A DNA stretch of 64,000 nucleotides from Candidatus Methanoperedenaceae archaeon (GCA_963753595.1 CAVWCX010000034.1:55404-119403); one strand, 5' to 3'. Shown: positions 19,601-28,904, counted from the stretch's first letter. Notes: generated by a model from the sequence alone, not told the origin. Numbers and translations: made by a program.

Positions 19601-19922
19601 AAAACCTGGCATGCAAACCATGCGGATGAACATCTACTGGATTATTTTTCTCAAAGTCCTCAATATTTACCGTTACATCTTGGGTACCGTTCTGTATAAT
19701 GGCAGCTGTAATGGTCAGGTTCGCATGAGCGTGCTCCGTTGAATTAGTAGAGTTTTCAGTCGAATTAGAATGGGTATGGTTCGATCGGTCCGCAGATTGC
19801 TCATTAATTGATGAATCGTAAGAAGAAGTGTTCGCAGCATTTACCACCGATGGAATAAACAGCAGACCCAATAGTATAATACCTGCAACCTGAGTTGCAT
19901 GAAAATTATTGTTTCTGTTCAT
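16632..19922 (-). CDS. Multiheme c-type cytochrome, 18 CxxCH, two N-terminal PGF-pre-PGF-like beta domains and C-terminal S-layer (DUF1608-like) modules
   Basis: 18 CxxCH counted; WxxLPT...SLSLFAISS occurs twice; DIDKEGKSIWVELYYNG and DNKNVWLVLTKDN are S-layer-type motifs; signal peptide, no C-terminal anchor. Confidence 0.92.
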   Translation of the reverse strand: MNRNNNFHATQVAGIILLGLLFIPSVVNAANTSSYDSSINEQSADRSNHTHSNSTENSTNSTEHAHANLTITAAIIQNGTQDVTVNIEDFEKNNPVDVHPHGLHARFFRPGAQNLSFESISISAAYCEMDLNGINEKDLRLFIYENSTWTMLPTDVNEEENILNASARSLSLFAISSHSENNSEHIHNATVQTVKSHDCEEMGDETISVSFIGREKTELTLEVNSNDMPDSSPPGSPVKFFSISARNYSYSGVNIKVTYNDAEFTKVNESNLSIIHYTNSTWVTLPTEVDSKENNLINYVESLSLFAISSLSGTGGMGMGVISNCLRCHGTNSKALGEEMMGGLFPKINQDIMNQSIHSNINDSSSNLNRACWACHSNSTTPPKKHPMHKPALTCASCHVNDSGKIKSPLATEHTLHATNISVNASCQLCHGKSQMINLNGSTLNSTISHYGKKRTDMIDLNKTNTNCSYCHQDPDSEFSDVFNKTSRTNIIHNGGLSCSSCHGTGRLHNSTIANMQGYSLSNCVQCHGTGGFAPKKINETVMNLSIHANLNNASSSSNLNQACWACHSNSSEAPDTHPGLSEPANTCSTCHVNNTVLFSSPEATEHTTHAVNITVNATCQLCHRKSQMINFNASTVNSTISHYGKNRTDMLDLNKTSTNCSYCHQNPASEFSDVFNKISRTNITHNGGLSCSSCHSTGRLHNSTIVNMTGYTLSNCVKCHGTDGFASNKVSESTINKSLHANLNGARSELDRACWACHSNIITAPNDHPDIGKPPNTCSSCHIEGELNLTGKIKRGHISSHSPGSSQIRTPACTTCHINDVLYSGKTVNSSVSHFAKYPTIDTKDCISCHQNERTSQKWGNPPDPRETIRLSSIEKKLVSDDTWRINENYSISIADIDKEGKSIWVELYYNGLLIKDELVTEGGGFKYENRLVQEGENKTIIDMQIPEIFYGGMVSLITFKGYVPTHIHTETTSVQCYACHVKEYRADWPDGQKYSVLKKDEQNVTLSPIDIDFDTADKKMLYSNNSWNMGNGYELYMKDFSPDNKNVWLVLTKDNIKVKEEFVTEGEYFTYNTTLNDKDITILRLKIANIFVKG
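17640..18960 (-). repeat. Intragenic tandem duplication of a hexaheme module (579-bp / 193-aa period)
   Basis: gcaattcgat at 17772 and 18351; protein repeats NSTISHYGK.RTDM.DLNKT.TNCSYCHQ.P.SEFSDVFNK.SRTNI.HNGGLSCSSCH.TGRLHNSTI. Confidence 0.85.
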
Positions 19923-20091
19923 TATCCTCTACTTTCACACGCATAAAATTTTCAGTTTACAAGACATGTAAACTAAATCTATTAAGACCTTGTTTATTTA
20001 AGCAGATTGTGGTTAATGCAAATATAGAAAATCACCAATATTTTTTTAAGAATTTTAACCAAAAGCCAGATAAAGAATCAAAGGAATCTAT

Positions 20092-20175
20092 ATGAAAGAG
20101 GTGAAAACATTGAAGATCAGAAAGATAAAGAAAATCGCCAAGGGAACATGTAAATGTCACTCTTCCTGCGCTTAA
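20092..20175 (+). CDS. Putative RiPP precursor peptide (MKEVKT)LKIRKIKKIAKGTCKCHSSCA
   Basis: Open frame ATG 20092 to TAA 20175; GAGGTGA SD precedes an in-frame TTG at 20110 (21 aa); basic N-terminus, Cys-rich C-terminus; upstream of an rSAM/SPASM gene. Confidence 0.6.
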   Translation: MKEVKTLKIRKIKKIAKGTCKCHSSCA

Positions 20176-20196
20176 TCAGACTGAATTGGTTAATCA

Positions 20197-20361
20197 ATGA
20201 CAAACAAAGAAATAAATCCTTATGTAAGCCTTATCTGCACCCACTGCGAATTCTTCAAGGAAGATGATTTCGAGCTTGAATGTGCAGCATTCAAAGTATT
20301 AAAAACCATGCTTCAGGAAGGCAGGATAAAACCAGCTGAGATAAAAGATGTCTTCAGGTAA
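20197..20361 (+). CDS. Small Cys-containing protein (54 aa), coupled to the radical SAM gene
   Basis: MTNKEINPYVSLICTHCEFFKEDDFELECAAFKVLKTMLQEGRIKPAEIKDVFR; overlaps the rSAM start at 20348. Confidence 0.65.
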   Translation: MTNKEINPYVSLICTHCEFFKEDDFELECAAFKVLKTMLQEGRIKPAEIKDVFR

Positions 20362-21520
20362 ATATCACGTGCTTGCGCCGGGCTATATCCTGCGCGAGCT
20401 TGAATCCCCTGTTGTATATAATATCATTAAAGACGAGTTGTACGAACTTGACGAGGAGGCGTTTCATTTTTTAAAAAAATGTAATGGAGGGAATCCTTTC
20501 CCGGATCTGCTCTTGAATGGCAAAAGCGATGAAAATATTGATTTCATGCAGGATGAAGGGATCATCCGGTTGGCAGAAGGAAAGGAGATAAGAAAAATTA
20601 AAACTCACAGATCACCGATCCCTTCACTACGTTATCTTCTTTTAAATATTACGAATATATGCAATCTCGCCTGTAAGCATTGCTATCTCCAGTATCCAGG
20701 AAAACTTGAGATAGATCTTGATGTTTTTGAAAAAGCGGTATCGCAATTTGAAGAAATTGGCGGTTTAAAACTCATGATCTCTGGTGGTGAACCGCTGGTC
20801 CATTCAAGATTCTGGGAACTTATGGAGATACTTCCATCGTATGAATTAAGAGTGGTTGTCCTGTCAAACGGAACCCTGATAGACAGGAACACTTCAAGAA
20901 AATTATCCGATTATGTTCATGAAGTGCAGGTCAGTATCGACGGTATCTATTCTCATGATTTACTGCGAGGAAAAGGTTCGTATGCAAAGTCAATGAAAGG
21001 TATTTCCAACTTAAATGAATACGGGATACCCATTTCGATCGCTACCATGGTACATAAATTCAATACAGGTGAATTTGAGGAGATGGAAAAGCTTTTTTCA
21101 AAGACAGGAGCAATTTCATGGAGCGTTGATGTTCCATGTATCGTGGGTTCACTTTGTGAAAACAAGGATTTTGTTCTTGATTTGAAAGAAGCCGCCAATT
21201 TTTTGGAATACGGTTTTGGTGCCGGATCACATGAAAGCACTGGTGATCATACCTGCGGTTCTCACTTATGTTCGGTATCGCCCGATGGTTCAGTCAGTAA
21301 ATGCGGATTTTTTGAAAATGAACCTGCAGGGACTGTTAATGATCTTCGGTCTGCATGGAAAAACATTTGCATGTCCTACTTATGGAAACTTGATGAACTT
21401 GAATGCAAGGATTGCGCTGTACTTTCCGAATGTAAAGGCGGATGCAGGTTCAGGGCAAAGCAATACAAAGGAATACTTGCGCCTGACCCTTTGATGTGCC
21501 AGGTTAATTTACATTTGTAA
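20348..21520 (+). CDS. Radical SAM/SPASM domain protein with N-terminal PqqD/RRE-like extension
   Basis: CNLACKHC, SGGEP, VQVSIDG..HD..RG; SPASM-type CGSHLC..PDG.V.KC...CKDC.....CKGGC; N-terminal VVYNIIKDELYELDEEAFHFL. Confidence 0.9.
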   Translation: MSSGKYHVLAPGYILRELESPVVYNIIKDELYELDEEAFHFLKKCNGGNPFPDLLLNGKSDENIDFMQDEGIIRLAEGKEIRKIKTHRSPIPSLRYLLLNITNICNLACKHCYLQYPGKLEIDLDVFEKAVSQFEEIGGLKLMISGGEPLVHSRFWELMEILPSYELRVVVLSNGTLIDRNTSRKLSDYVHEVQVSIDGIYSHDLLRGKGSYAKSMKGISNLNEYGIPISIATMVHKFNTGEFEEMEKLFSKTGAISWSVDVPCIVGSLCENKDFVLDLKEAANFLEYGFGAGSHESTGDHTCGSHLCSVSPDGSVSKCGFFENEPAGTVNDLRSAWKNICMSYLWKLDELECKDCAVLSECKGGCRFRAKQYKGILAPDPLMCQVNLHL

Positions 21521-21697
21521 ACCAAAAGCTAACTGAAAAAATAATTGACATTACGCATAATATGGATATACTTTACATACACCGTAAAGTATATGGTGGA
21601 ACAGAAGAAATACACCTTATAAATAAATCTTTAACAAAGGAAAACGCAAGATAAAAACATATCTACCAATATCGATTAAACTAATAGGAAAAACCTT

Positions 21698-22177
21698 ATG
21701 AGAACCAAAAAACTGTTGTCCATACTTATCCTGGCATTAATTTTAGCATTCGCATATTTCAGTTATCAAACTGCACTTAATAATTTTACCTTGAGCGATA
21801 AGAACAACAGCTATCTTGGTGGCATAAAATTTCACCGCGCAGCAGAAGGACTCGAAGAAAGTTTCCAGATAGCACAGCAGGAAAATAAGCCTGTCATGAT
21901 GTATTTCTGGGCGATCTGGTGCCAGTATTGTGCAAAATTCCAGACAGAAACTCTGGGAAATCCCCAGGTCAAGAAAATCCTTGAGGAAGATTATCTTCTT
22001 GTTGCGATGGACCTCGATATTGACAGGGAAGTCGCCCAAAAATATGGGGTGAGTTACCCCCCATATCTTGTTTTCATGGACCCGAAAGGAAATGTCCTCG
22101 AGAGAGTTCCAGGGGCGGTTGACGCGGATTATCTGCTTCCAATTGTTACCCGGGTAAGAGACCAGGTCAGGAGATAA
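21698..22177 (+). CDS. Membrane-anchored thioredoxin-fold protein (CcmG/SoxW-like)
   Basis: N-terminal TM, WCQYC, YGVSYPP; 3 nt upstream of ccmF paralogue 3. Confidence 0.88.
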   Translation: MRTKKLLSILILALILAFAYFSYQTALNNFTLSDKNNSYLGGIKFHRAAEGLEESFQIAQQENKPVMMYFWAIWCQYCAKFQTETLGNPQVKKILEEDYLLVAMDLDIDREVAQKYGVSYPPYLVFMDPKGNVLERVPGAVDADYLLPIVTRVRDQVRR

Positions 22178-22180
22178 AAC

Positions 22181-24532
22181 ATGATACCATTAGGAGACAT
22201 ATTACTTTATGCAAGTCTTGCAATTAGCGTTCTTGCACTTGCTGGATTGCTGTTGAAAGACCGGAAAAATATAGATGTTCTGGACCGGTATGCAACACCT
22301 GCAATATTACTGGTGGCAGGGCTTCTCACATTCGCTTATCTTCTCCTTACTTATTATTTCGTAACAGGCAACTTTGCCTTTGATTATGTCTGGCAGTACT
22401 CAAGCAACGACCTTCCTCTTGTTTATAAACTATCCGGTACATGGGCGGGGCAGCCAGGTACATACCTCCTCTGGGTGTGGGTAGTATTCCTGTCAGCGGG
22501 ATGGCTTGCATGGACTACAAAACATAATACCTCGCTTGCAAGAAGAACCCAGATAATTACACTTATCACAGGCATATACCTGATAATTCTTACACTGATA
22601 CAGTCGCCATTCAAGTTAATAATCGACAGGCCTGAAGTTGTTAAATTGATTGCAGATGGGACCCTGACACCTGATTTTGTTCCCGAAGTCGGCAATGGCC
22701 TGAATGCTCTTCTTGTCAATTTCTGGATGATCGTGCATCCGCCTTTTATGTTCATTGGATACGCGACAATGACGATACCATTTGCCGCAGCTATTGTTTA
22801 CCTGCTTACTAAAGAAGATGGCTGGGAAGAACTTGGCAGGCAGTGGACGCGGTTTACCTGGTTGATCCTTGGAATGGGCATAGCAGTGGGCGGAGTCTGG
22901 GCATACCTTGTGCTTGGATGGGGCGGATTCTGGGCATGGGACCCTGTTGAAACGGCTTCGTTCATACCATGGCTTACACTCACAGGTTTCATGCATGCAG
23001 CAGCCATTCACAGAAAGGACAAAACTACATTTTCAATAGCAGCTCCCATGCTTGCTGCGGTTTCATTCATCCTTGTACTATATGCAGCCATCGTTGTTCG
23101 AAGCGGACTTTTCAATTCAGTCCATGCTTTCGGGGATACATCAACCGGAACCCTTCTCATATTGTCCATAGTAATTACATCGATCGTTTCCATCGTCCTG
23201 GGAATGCGTCGTTACTTTGAAGAGCCTGATAAAGTGGAGGAAGACCGCGGGTTCTGGAACAAGACGAATATTTTCTATGTTTCTCTTCTTATGTTCGTGG
23301 TGCTGGCATTCATATCTTTCTGGGGTATTACATTCCCGGCTTTTATCCAGCTTACGCAGGGTCTTAAAGTGGGAGTGGCCTCAGATACAAAGAATTTTTT
23401 TAACGTCTGGAGTTATCCTTTCACGATCATTCTGTTGATGGCACTTGGTTTCTGTCTGACCTACAATGAAAAGAAAAAGGAAGAACAGAAAAGGACATTG
23501 TACATGGTAATTGTTTTGACAATTATAACAATGTTCGCCCGGACTGAAAACTTTTATGTACTTGACCATAGCAGTCCCTTCTGGGTAAGGGAGCCGCCGT
23601 TCTATAAATTGATCGGCAATATCTCGGTAATATCTCTTTTCCCATCCATGATATATGCAACATGGGCAATAATAAAACGAAGTATTGACTATTTGCGGAT
23701 AAAAAGTTTAAGACCAAAGATAAAAGGGATTGGTATAGCGATAGTTCACTTTGGTGTTATATTCATTCTTTTTGGAGCGGTCATTAGCTCAAATTTCACC
23801 GAGAAAATCGAGGGGATAAATATACCCCTTTCGGCAAAAGGAGAAAGTGTAAATGTCGGGCATGGTTATGATATTAAGTTAATTGATTTTACAACACGCA
23901 GCCTCTCCGGCGATGCGCCGGCAGGTGGATTAAAGATATCAGAAATATTCGTAAATCCAGGGGATTATGTAAATAAACCTGTTAAAGTAAGCGGTAAAGT
24001 CAAAGATGTCGCCGTAGTCAAGACTCCACCATCTTTTACTACATATATGGAAATAGATGACGGGTCAGGCAGCCTGTGGGCTGTAGCGCAGGCGGAAAGT
24101 CCCCTGGATATCCGGAAAGGTGAGGAACTTTCCGTGAATGGTTTCATGATGACAAATTTCAGGAGTAACTCAACTGGCAGGACATATGATCTCATCATAT
24201 TCTCAAATCCGGAAGAAATCACCGGTGCGGTTTCCTCAGGCAAATATAAAGTCCAGAGCGTAGAACTTGAAGTTTATAAGGATCAAACGAAAATCGGAAG
24301 CGGAACCGCCGAGTACCTGGAATCAGACGGTGGAAGCGGAACATTCCCGCTTGTAGAGAGCAGCATAACAGGAACGGATGTTTATGTTATTTTCCAGGGT
24401 ATTGGCGGCGGAGTGATCCCTCTTACTCTGCGGATCATACCTGCAGTGAATTTTGCATGGATCGGCATAGTACTCTTCGCGATTGGGATAATACTGATAA
24501 TGGCAGTGAAATCAAGACAAAAAGAAGGATAA
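22181..24532 (+). CDS. ccmF: Heme lyase CcmF (paralogue 3) with an inserted OB-fold-like domain in the C-terminal soluble region
   Basis: WAGQPG, GLNALL..WMIVHPP, WAYLVLGWGGFWAWDPVETASFIPW, SVHAF; insert PGDYVNKPVKVSGKV...IDDGSGSLW...GEELSVNG. Confidence 0.9.
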   Translation: MIPLGDILLYASLAISVLALAGLLLKDRKNIDVLDRYATPAILLVAGLLTFAYLLLTYYFVTGNFAFDYVWQYSSNDLPLVYKLSGTWAGQPGTYLLWVWVVFLSAGWLAWTTKHNTSLARRTQIITLITGIYLIILTLIQSPFKLIIDRPEVVKLIADGTLTPDFVPEVGNGLNALLVNFWMIVHPPFMFIGYATMTIPFAAAIVYLLTKEDGWEELGRQWTRFTWLILGMGIAVGGVWAYLVLGWGGFWAWDPVETASFIPWLTLTGFMHAAAIHRKDKTTFSIAAPMLAAVSFILVLYAAIVVRSGLFNSVHAFGDTSTGTLLILSIVITSIVSIVLGMRRYFEEPDKVEEDRGFWNKTNIFYVSLLMFVVLAFISFWGITFPAFIQLTQGLKVGVASDTKNFFNVWSYPFTIILLMALGFCLTYNEKKKEEQKRTLYMVIVLTIITMFARTENFYVLDHSSPFWVREPPFYKLIGNISVISLFPSMIYATWAIIKRSIDYLRIKSLRPKIKGIGIAIVHFGVIFILFGAVISSNFTEKIEGINIPLSAKGESVNVGHGYDIKLIDFTTRSLSGDAPAGGLKISEIFVNPGDYVNKPVKVSGKVKDVAVVKTPPSFTTYMEIDDGSGSLWAVAQAESPLDIRKGEELSVNGFMMTNFRSNSTGRTYDLIIFSNPEEITGAVSSGKYKVQSVELEVYKDQTKIGSGTAEYLESDGGSGTFPLVESSITGTDVYVIFQGIGGGVIPLTLRIIPAVNFAWIGIVLFAIGIILIMAVKSRQKEG

Positions 24533-24541
24533 ATATCTATT

Positions 24542-24979
24542 TCAAACGTCTGCAGTTTCTTCCGTAGTTTCTTCTGCAGTTTCGCGCAATACCTCAAATC
24601 CTATATTCTGCTCAAATGAAATATCTATCTCTGGCAATATATCAACATAGTTTACTAATTCATGATATATCTCATGCCTTGGACTTACAATTATTACGTG
24701 TGCCGGCGGGTGGATCTTTCTAAGCCTTCCTATTGCGACACTTGCCTGGTCCTCAAGAGGAACTATCGCAGCTGACGAACAACACGCTCTTAATGGACTT
24801 TTCATTATGTGTGTAAGAATGTTATCTGCAAAAGTCGGTTCCAATTTTCTTGCCTGGTCTGAAAAAGTCAAATTTGCATATCTGACAAGGTCATATAGTG
24901 CAATTTTTACTTTCGAGACATCATCTGCTCTGACTACTGCCATTGAGTTCATTTTTTCCCCCTTATTTTTAATTTCCAT
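24542..24979 (-). CDS. DUF356 family protein
   Basis: RADD..K...AL.DL.RYANL, LRKIHPPAHVIIVSPRH. Confidence 0.75.
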   Translation of the reverse strand: MEIKNKGEKMNSMAVVRADDVSKVKIALYDLVRYANLTFSDQARKLEPTFADNILTHIMKSPLRACCSSAAIVPLEDQASVAIGRLRKIHPPAHVIIVSPRHEIYHELVNYVDILPEIDISFEQNIGFEVLRETAEETTEETADV

Positions 24980-25088
24980 TTTTACTATTATCTAAATGGT
25001 AGTGGTACTGATATAAATGCTGGTACTAACAAAGACTATTTTCGTGCTACCAGGTGTTAACAATTAAAAACCAAACCATTCAAACTAT

Positions 25089-25172
25089 CTTTGCGGACTT
25101 TGCGACCTGGTATGAAAAAAATTAACAACTGACTCGTAGGAACTGATACGAACTCATGCGCTGGAGTTCGTC
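25089..25172 (+). repeat. Dispersed palindromic ACGAAC repeat, copy A (3'-truncated)
   Basis: ctttgcggactttgcg...aacaactgactcgtaggaactgatacgaactcatgcgctggagttcgt. Confidence 0.8.
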
Positions 25173-25334
25173 ATATTAAAATATACTCTAACGATACATT
25201 GCCTATTAAAATCTTATCTCCAACCATCGGATTATAATCATTTTCCGTCTTTAAAAATGCTTCTGACATCAATTTTACCAAAATATTTATAATTCCAAAC
25301 CCCAACTTTAGCACATCATTGAGGTCATAATATA

Positions 25335-26276
25335 ATGCAAAAAATAATAGTAACAGGAGGAGCGGGTTTCATCGGAAGCCATGTGGTTGATAAATTACTT
25401 TCAGGGGGAAATGAAGTCACAGTTATTGATAACCTGAGTTCCGGGAAAATGGAGTTTCTTGAACATCATATTCATGATAAGAATTTCAAATTCGTTAAAC
25501 TCGATATGCTGGAACTTGAAAAACTAACAAACGCCATCAAAGGCGCTGATTTCATATATCATCTTGCGGCAAATCCCGATGTTCGCCTTGGAGCTGAAAA
25601 TACAAAAGTCCATCTTGAGCAGAACATAATCGTTACTTATAACCTGCTTGAAGCGATGCGGATGAACAGGCAGCAAAATATTATTTTTACATCCACATCC
25701 ACCGTATATGGCGAGGCTTCAATTATACCAACACCTGAAAATTACGGGCCGCTTATCCCGATATCATTATACGGCGCCTCAAAACTTGCCTGTGAAGCGC
25801 TCATCACTTCATATTGCCATACATTTGATATGAGGTCATGGATATTCCGTTTTGCAAATATCGTGGGCGAGCGGGGAACCCACGGGATAATAATAGATTT
25901 TATTAACAAGCTCAGGAAAGATCCCGAAACTCTTGAGATCCTGGGAGACGGGCAGCAGCGAAAATCTTATATCCATGTTTCTGATTGTGTAGATGCTATT
26001 TTATTCGTAGTAGAGAACAGCCATGAAATGGCAAATATATTCAATATCGGTTCAAATGATACAATAAATTCAACCGAAATTGGCGAGTTGATCGTTAAAG
26101 AAATGAGATTAAAAAATGTTAAATTCACATATACAGGCGGAAAGCGCGGCTGGAAAGGAGATGTGCCAAAAATGCTTCTATCCATCGAAAAATTACAGCA
26201 GCTGGGCTGGAAACCTAACAATAATTCCAAAAGCAGCATAAGCGCCGCGACAAAAAGTACTTTAGGAAAAATATAA
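25335..26276 (+). CDS. NAD-dependent epimerase/dehydratase (UDP-glucose 4-epimerase-like)
   Basis: VTGGAGFIGSH, STSTVYG, YGASK. Confidence 0.92.
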   Translation: MQKIIVTGGAGFIGSHVVDKLLSGGNEVTVIDNLSSGKMEFLEHHIHDKNFKFVKLDMLELEKLTNAIKGADFIYHLAANPDVRLGAENTKVHLEQNIIVTYNLLEAMRMNRQQNIIFTSTSTVYGEASIIPTPENYGPLIPISLYGASKLACEALITSYCHTFDMRSWIFRFANIVGERGTHGIIIDFINKLRKDPETLEILGDGQQRKSYIHVSDCVDAILFVVENSHEMANIFNIGSNDTINSTEIGELIVKEMRLKNVKFTYTGGKRGWKGDVPKMLLSIEKLQQLGWKPNNNSKSSISAATKSTLGKI

Positions 26277-27322
26277 TGGCAACTTTATTCTGTCCAAAAT
26301 GCGGTAAAGATACAGATGTCTTTTTTGAAAACATATGCCTGGAGTGCTTCACAGGGAACAGGACACTGATCGCGTGCCCCGCAGTTATTTATTCGCGCAT
26401 CTGCCGGACTTGCGGTTCCGTGTTCAAGAAAGGTAGATGGTCATCAAGGGAAGATGAGGAAAAGACCGTCCGGGAATGTGTAAATGAGTCCCTGAAGATA
26501 GATGATGAAGCCGATGACCTGAAATTGACAATAACGCCAAAATTTCTTGATTACTCAAGATACAGGGCCCATGTAGATGCAAGCGCTAAAATCAAGGATG
26601 CGCCAATTGAATGTTCACTTGATACCGAATTGAGGATCAGCTGGGAGACCTGCGATACTTGCAGCCGGATGTCCGGGGGTTATTTTGAGGGAATTGTCCA
26701 GGTACGTGCGGATAAACGCCTACCGACAAGTGAAGAACTTAAAAGATCAACCCAGATCGCCCAGGCTGTTGCGGGGCGCTCGCGGGAAAAGGGTGACAGG
26801 CTTGCATTTATTTCACAAACTCTTGATCTTGAAGAGGGTATTGATTTTTATGTGGGGTCAATGAAGCTTGGAAAGCAGATATGCAGGGCGATCATAGAAG
26901 TTTTCGGGGGGAAATTCCTGGAATTTCCCAAGCTTGTGGGACAGAAGAACGGGGTGGACCTATACAGGATCACGTTCGCCCTTCGGCTCCCGGAATTCGT
27001 CAAGGGGGACATTATAAGCGTCGGTGATAAAGTCATTGAGGTCCAGAACTGCGGAAAGCATGTGAGCGGCCTTGACCTTGAAACAGGAAAAAGGTTCATG
27101 GAAAATTTCAATGACCTGATAGACGTTAAGAAATTAAGCAGGAGACTGGATGCAGTTCCCGCAGTACTCGTTGCTGATGAAGGAAGAACGATACAGGTCA
27201 TGGACCCAGAAACTTATGTGTCGGTTACCATAAAAAGGCCGGAATTCCTGAGCGTGGAGCCTGGAAATGAGATTAATATCGTTAAAACTGCGAAAGGGAT
27301 TTTTGTGGTGCCTGGGGTTTAG
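26276..27322 (+). CDS. NMD3-related ribosome biogenesis protein
   Basis: CPKCG..CLECF..CRTCG, CDTCSRMSGGYFEGIVQVRA. Confidence 0.88.
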   Translation: MATLFCPKCGKDTDVFFENICLECFTGNRTLIACPAVIYSRICRTCGSVFKKGRWSSREDEEKTVRECVNESLKIDDEADDLKLTITPKFLDYSRYRAHVDASAKIKDAPIECSLDTELRISWETCDTCSRMSGGYFEGIVQVRADKRLPTSEELKRSTQIAQAVAGRSREKGDRLAFISQTLDLEEGIDFYVGSMKLGKQICRAIIEVFGGKFLEFPKLVGQKNGVDLYRITFALRLPEFVKGDIISVGDKVIEVQNCGKHVSGLDLETGKRFMENFNDLIDVKKLSRRLDAVPAVLVADEGRTIQVMDPETYVSVTIKRPEFLSVEPGNEINIVKTAKGIFVVPGV

Positions 27323-27427
27323 CTTAGATTATTTTTGAGGCAACTCTGAGTGAATAATAACCGTCAAATATATATTACATGAGCATTATGGTTATCTCTC
27401 GGTATTAATAAAAAATAGGGGTAAATT

Positions 27428-27598
27428 ATGTCGAAAATTTCACATGTAGTAATTGAAAACGTCTTGTATGATGTAAGTAAACTTCCAATACCTACTCTAG
27501 AAGAATTCATAGTGGATGTCACAAAAGCTGAGTTAGATAAAGTACTGAAGAATCCTAGATATAAAGAGATTATAAAAGGTAAAAAAATTACAAAATAA
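27428..27598 (+). CDS. Small hypothetical protein (56 aa)
   Basis: MSKISHVVIENVLYDVSKLPIPTLEEFIVDVTKAELDKVLKNPRYKEIIKGKKITK; GGGGT SD; AT-rich. Confidence 0.45.
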   Translation: MSKISHVVIENVLYDVSKLPIPTLEEFIVDVTKAELDKVLKNPRYKEIIKGKKITK

Positions 27599-27617
27599 CC
27601 GCCATATTAAGATTCAA

Positions 27618-28904
27618 TCATTTCTCTTTTTTTAAAGTTTTTTTCCCCATAACATCTCTCATGATCTTGATCGAGCACAATTCCCCGCACATGCTGCATG
27701 TGTCAACATTCTTGCTTCTTGCATGTATCGCTTTTGCCTTATCAGGATCTATGGCATTCCTGAACTGCCCGTTCCAGTCAAGATCGCGCCGCGCCAGCGC
27801 CATCTCGCGGTCATGGGCGCGCGCCCGATCCCTCACTCCTTCCTTTGTGAGGTCGGCGGCATGCGCCGCAATTCTTGTGACGATGGTTCCTTCTTTAATA
27901 TCATCAACACTTGGGAGAGCCAGATGTTCGGCAGGCGTGGTCATGCATAGGTAATCTGCGCCGTGCATTCCAGCGACTGTTCCGCCGATAGCGGCGGTAA
28001 TGTGGTCATATCCCGGCGCGATATCAGTGACAAGAGGACCAAGAAGATAAATGGGCGCATTTCCGGTAAGGTGCTTCATAGCCGTAACTGAAAGTCCGAT
28101 CTCATCAACAGGAACATGTCCCGGGCCTTCAACAATGGTCTGTACGCCCGCTGCCCGTGCTCTTTTAACGAGTTCGCCAAGGATTATGAATTCCTCGAAT
28201 TTTGCCCTGTCCGAAGCATCGTTTATACAGCCCGGGCGCATGCCATCGCCAAGGCTTATGGTCAATTCATATTCCCTGGCAATTTCAAGCAAATAATCAT
28301 ATTCAGAATAAAATGGGTTTTCCATATTATTATGTTTCATCCAGGATATTGTAAAAGCGCCTCCTCGGCTCACGACATCAAGTATCCGGCCACTGTTTTT
28401 CAGGCGCTCAAATGAGGACAATGTCACACCGGCATGGATCGTGACAAAATCTATCCCGTCTTCGGCATGTTTCCTGACCGCATTGAACATGTCATCAGAA
28501 GTCATATTCTCAATACTTTCACCCGCAGCCTGGTATATCGGGACCGAACCCACAGGAACGCTCACCGAATCCATAATTCGCCTGCGTATAAGATCAAGGT
28601 CTCCGCCTGTAGATAAGTCCATTATGGTATCGGCGCCGTATTTTTCTGCTGTCAAAGCCTTTTCAACTTCAGCTTCGAGATCAACATTATCCCTCGATGT
28701 ACCCACATTAGCGTTGATCTTTGTCCGCATCATTTTACCTATGCCAATTGGTTGCGATCGGCTCTTCAAATTCCTGGGAATGACAATTAATCCCTGCGCA
28801 AGGAGTTTTCTTACGGTCTGGGGATCAATACCTTCTTTTACCGCTACGCTTTTAATCTCTTTTGTTACTATCCCGGAGTGTGCCATTTCCATTAAAGTTG
28901 TCAT
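27618..28904 (-). CDS. thiC: Phosphomethylpyrimidine synthase ThiC family (a Bza-type paralogue is not excluded)
   Basis: [45 protein letters not shown]. Confidence 0.88.
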   Translation of the reverse strand: MTTLMEMAHSGIVTKEIKSVAVKEGIDPQTVRKLLAQGLIVIPRNLKSRSQPIGIGKMMRTKINANVGTSRDNVDLEAEVEKALTAEKYGADTIMDLSTGGDLDLIRRRIMDSVSVPVGSVPIYQAAGESIENMTSDDMFNAVRKHAEDGIDFVTIHAGVTLSSFERLKNSGRILDVVSRGGAFTISWMKHNNMENPFYSEYDYLLEIAREYELTISLGDGMRPGCINDASDRAKFEEFIILGELVKRARAAGVQTIVEGPGHVPVDEIGLSVTAMKHLTGNAPIYLLGPLVTDIAPGYDHITAAIGGTVAGMHGADYLCMTTPAEHLALPSVDDIKEGTIVTRIAAHAADLTKEGVRDRARAHDREMALARRDLDWNGQFRNAIDPDKAKAIHARSKNVDTCSMCGELCSIKIMRDVMGKKTLKKEK

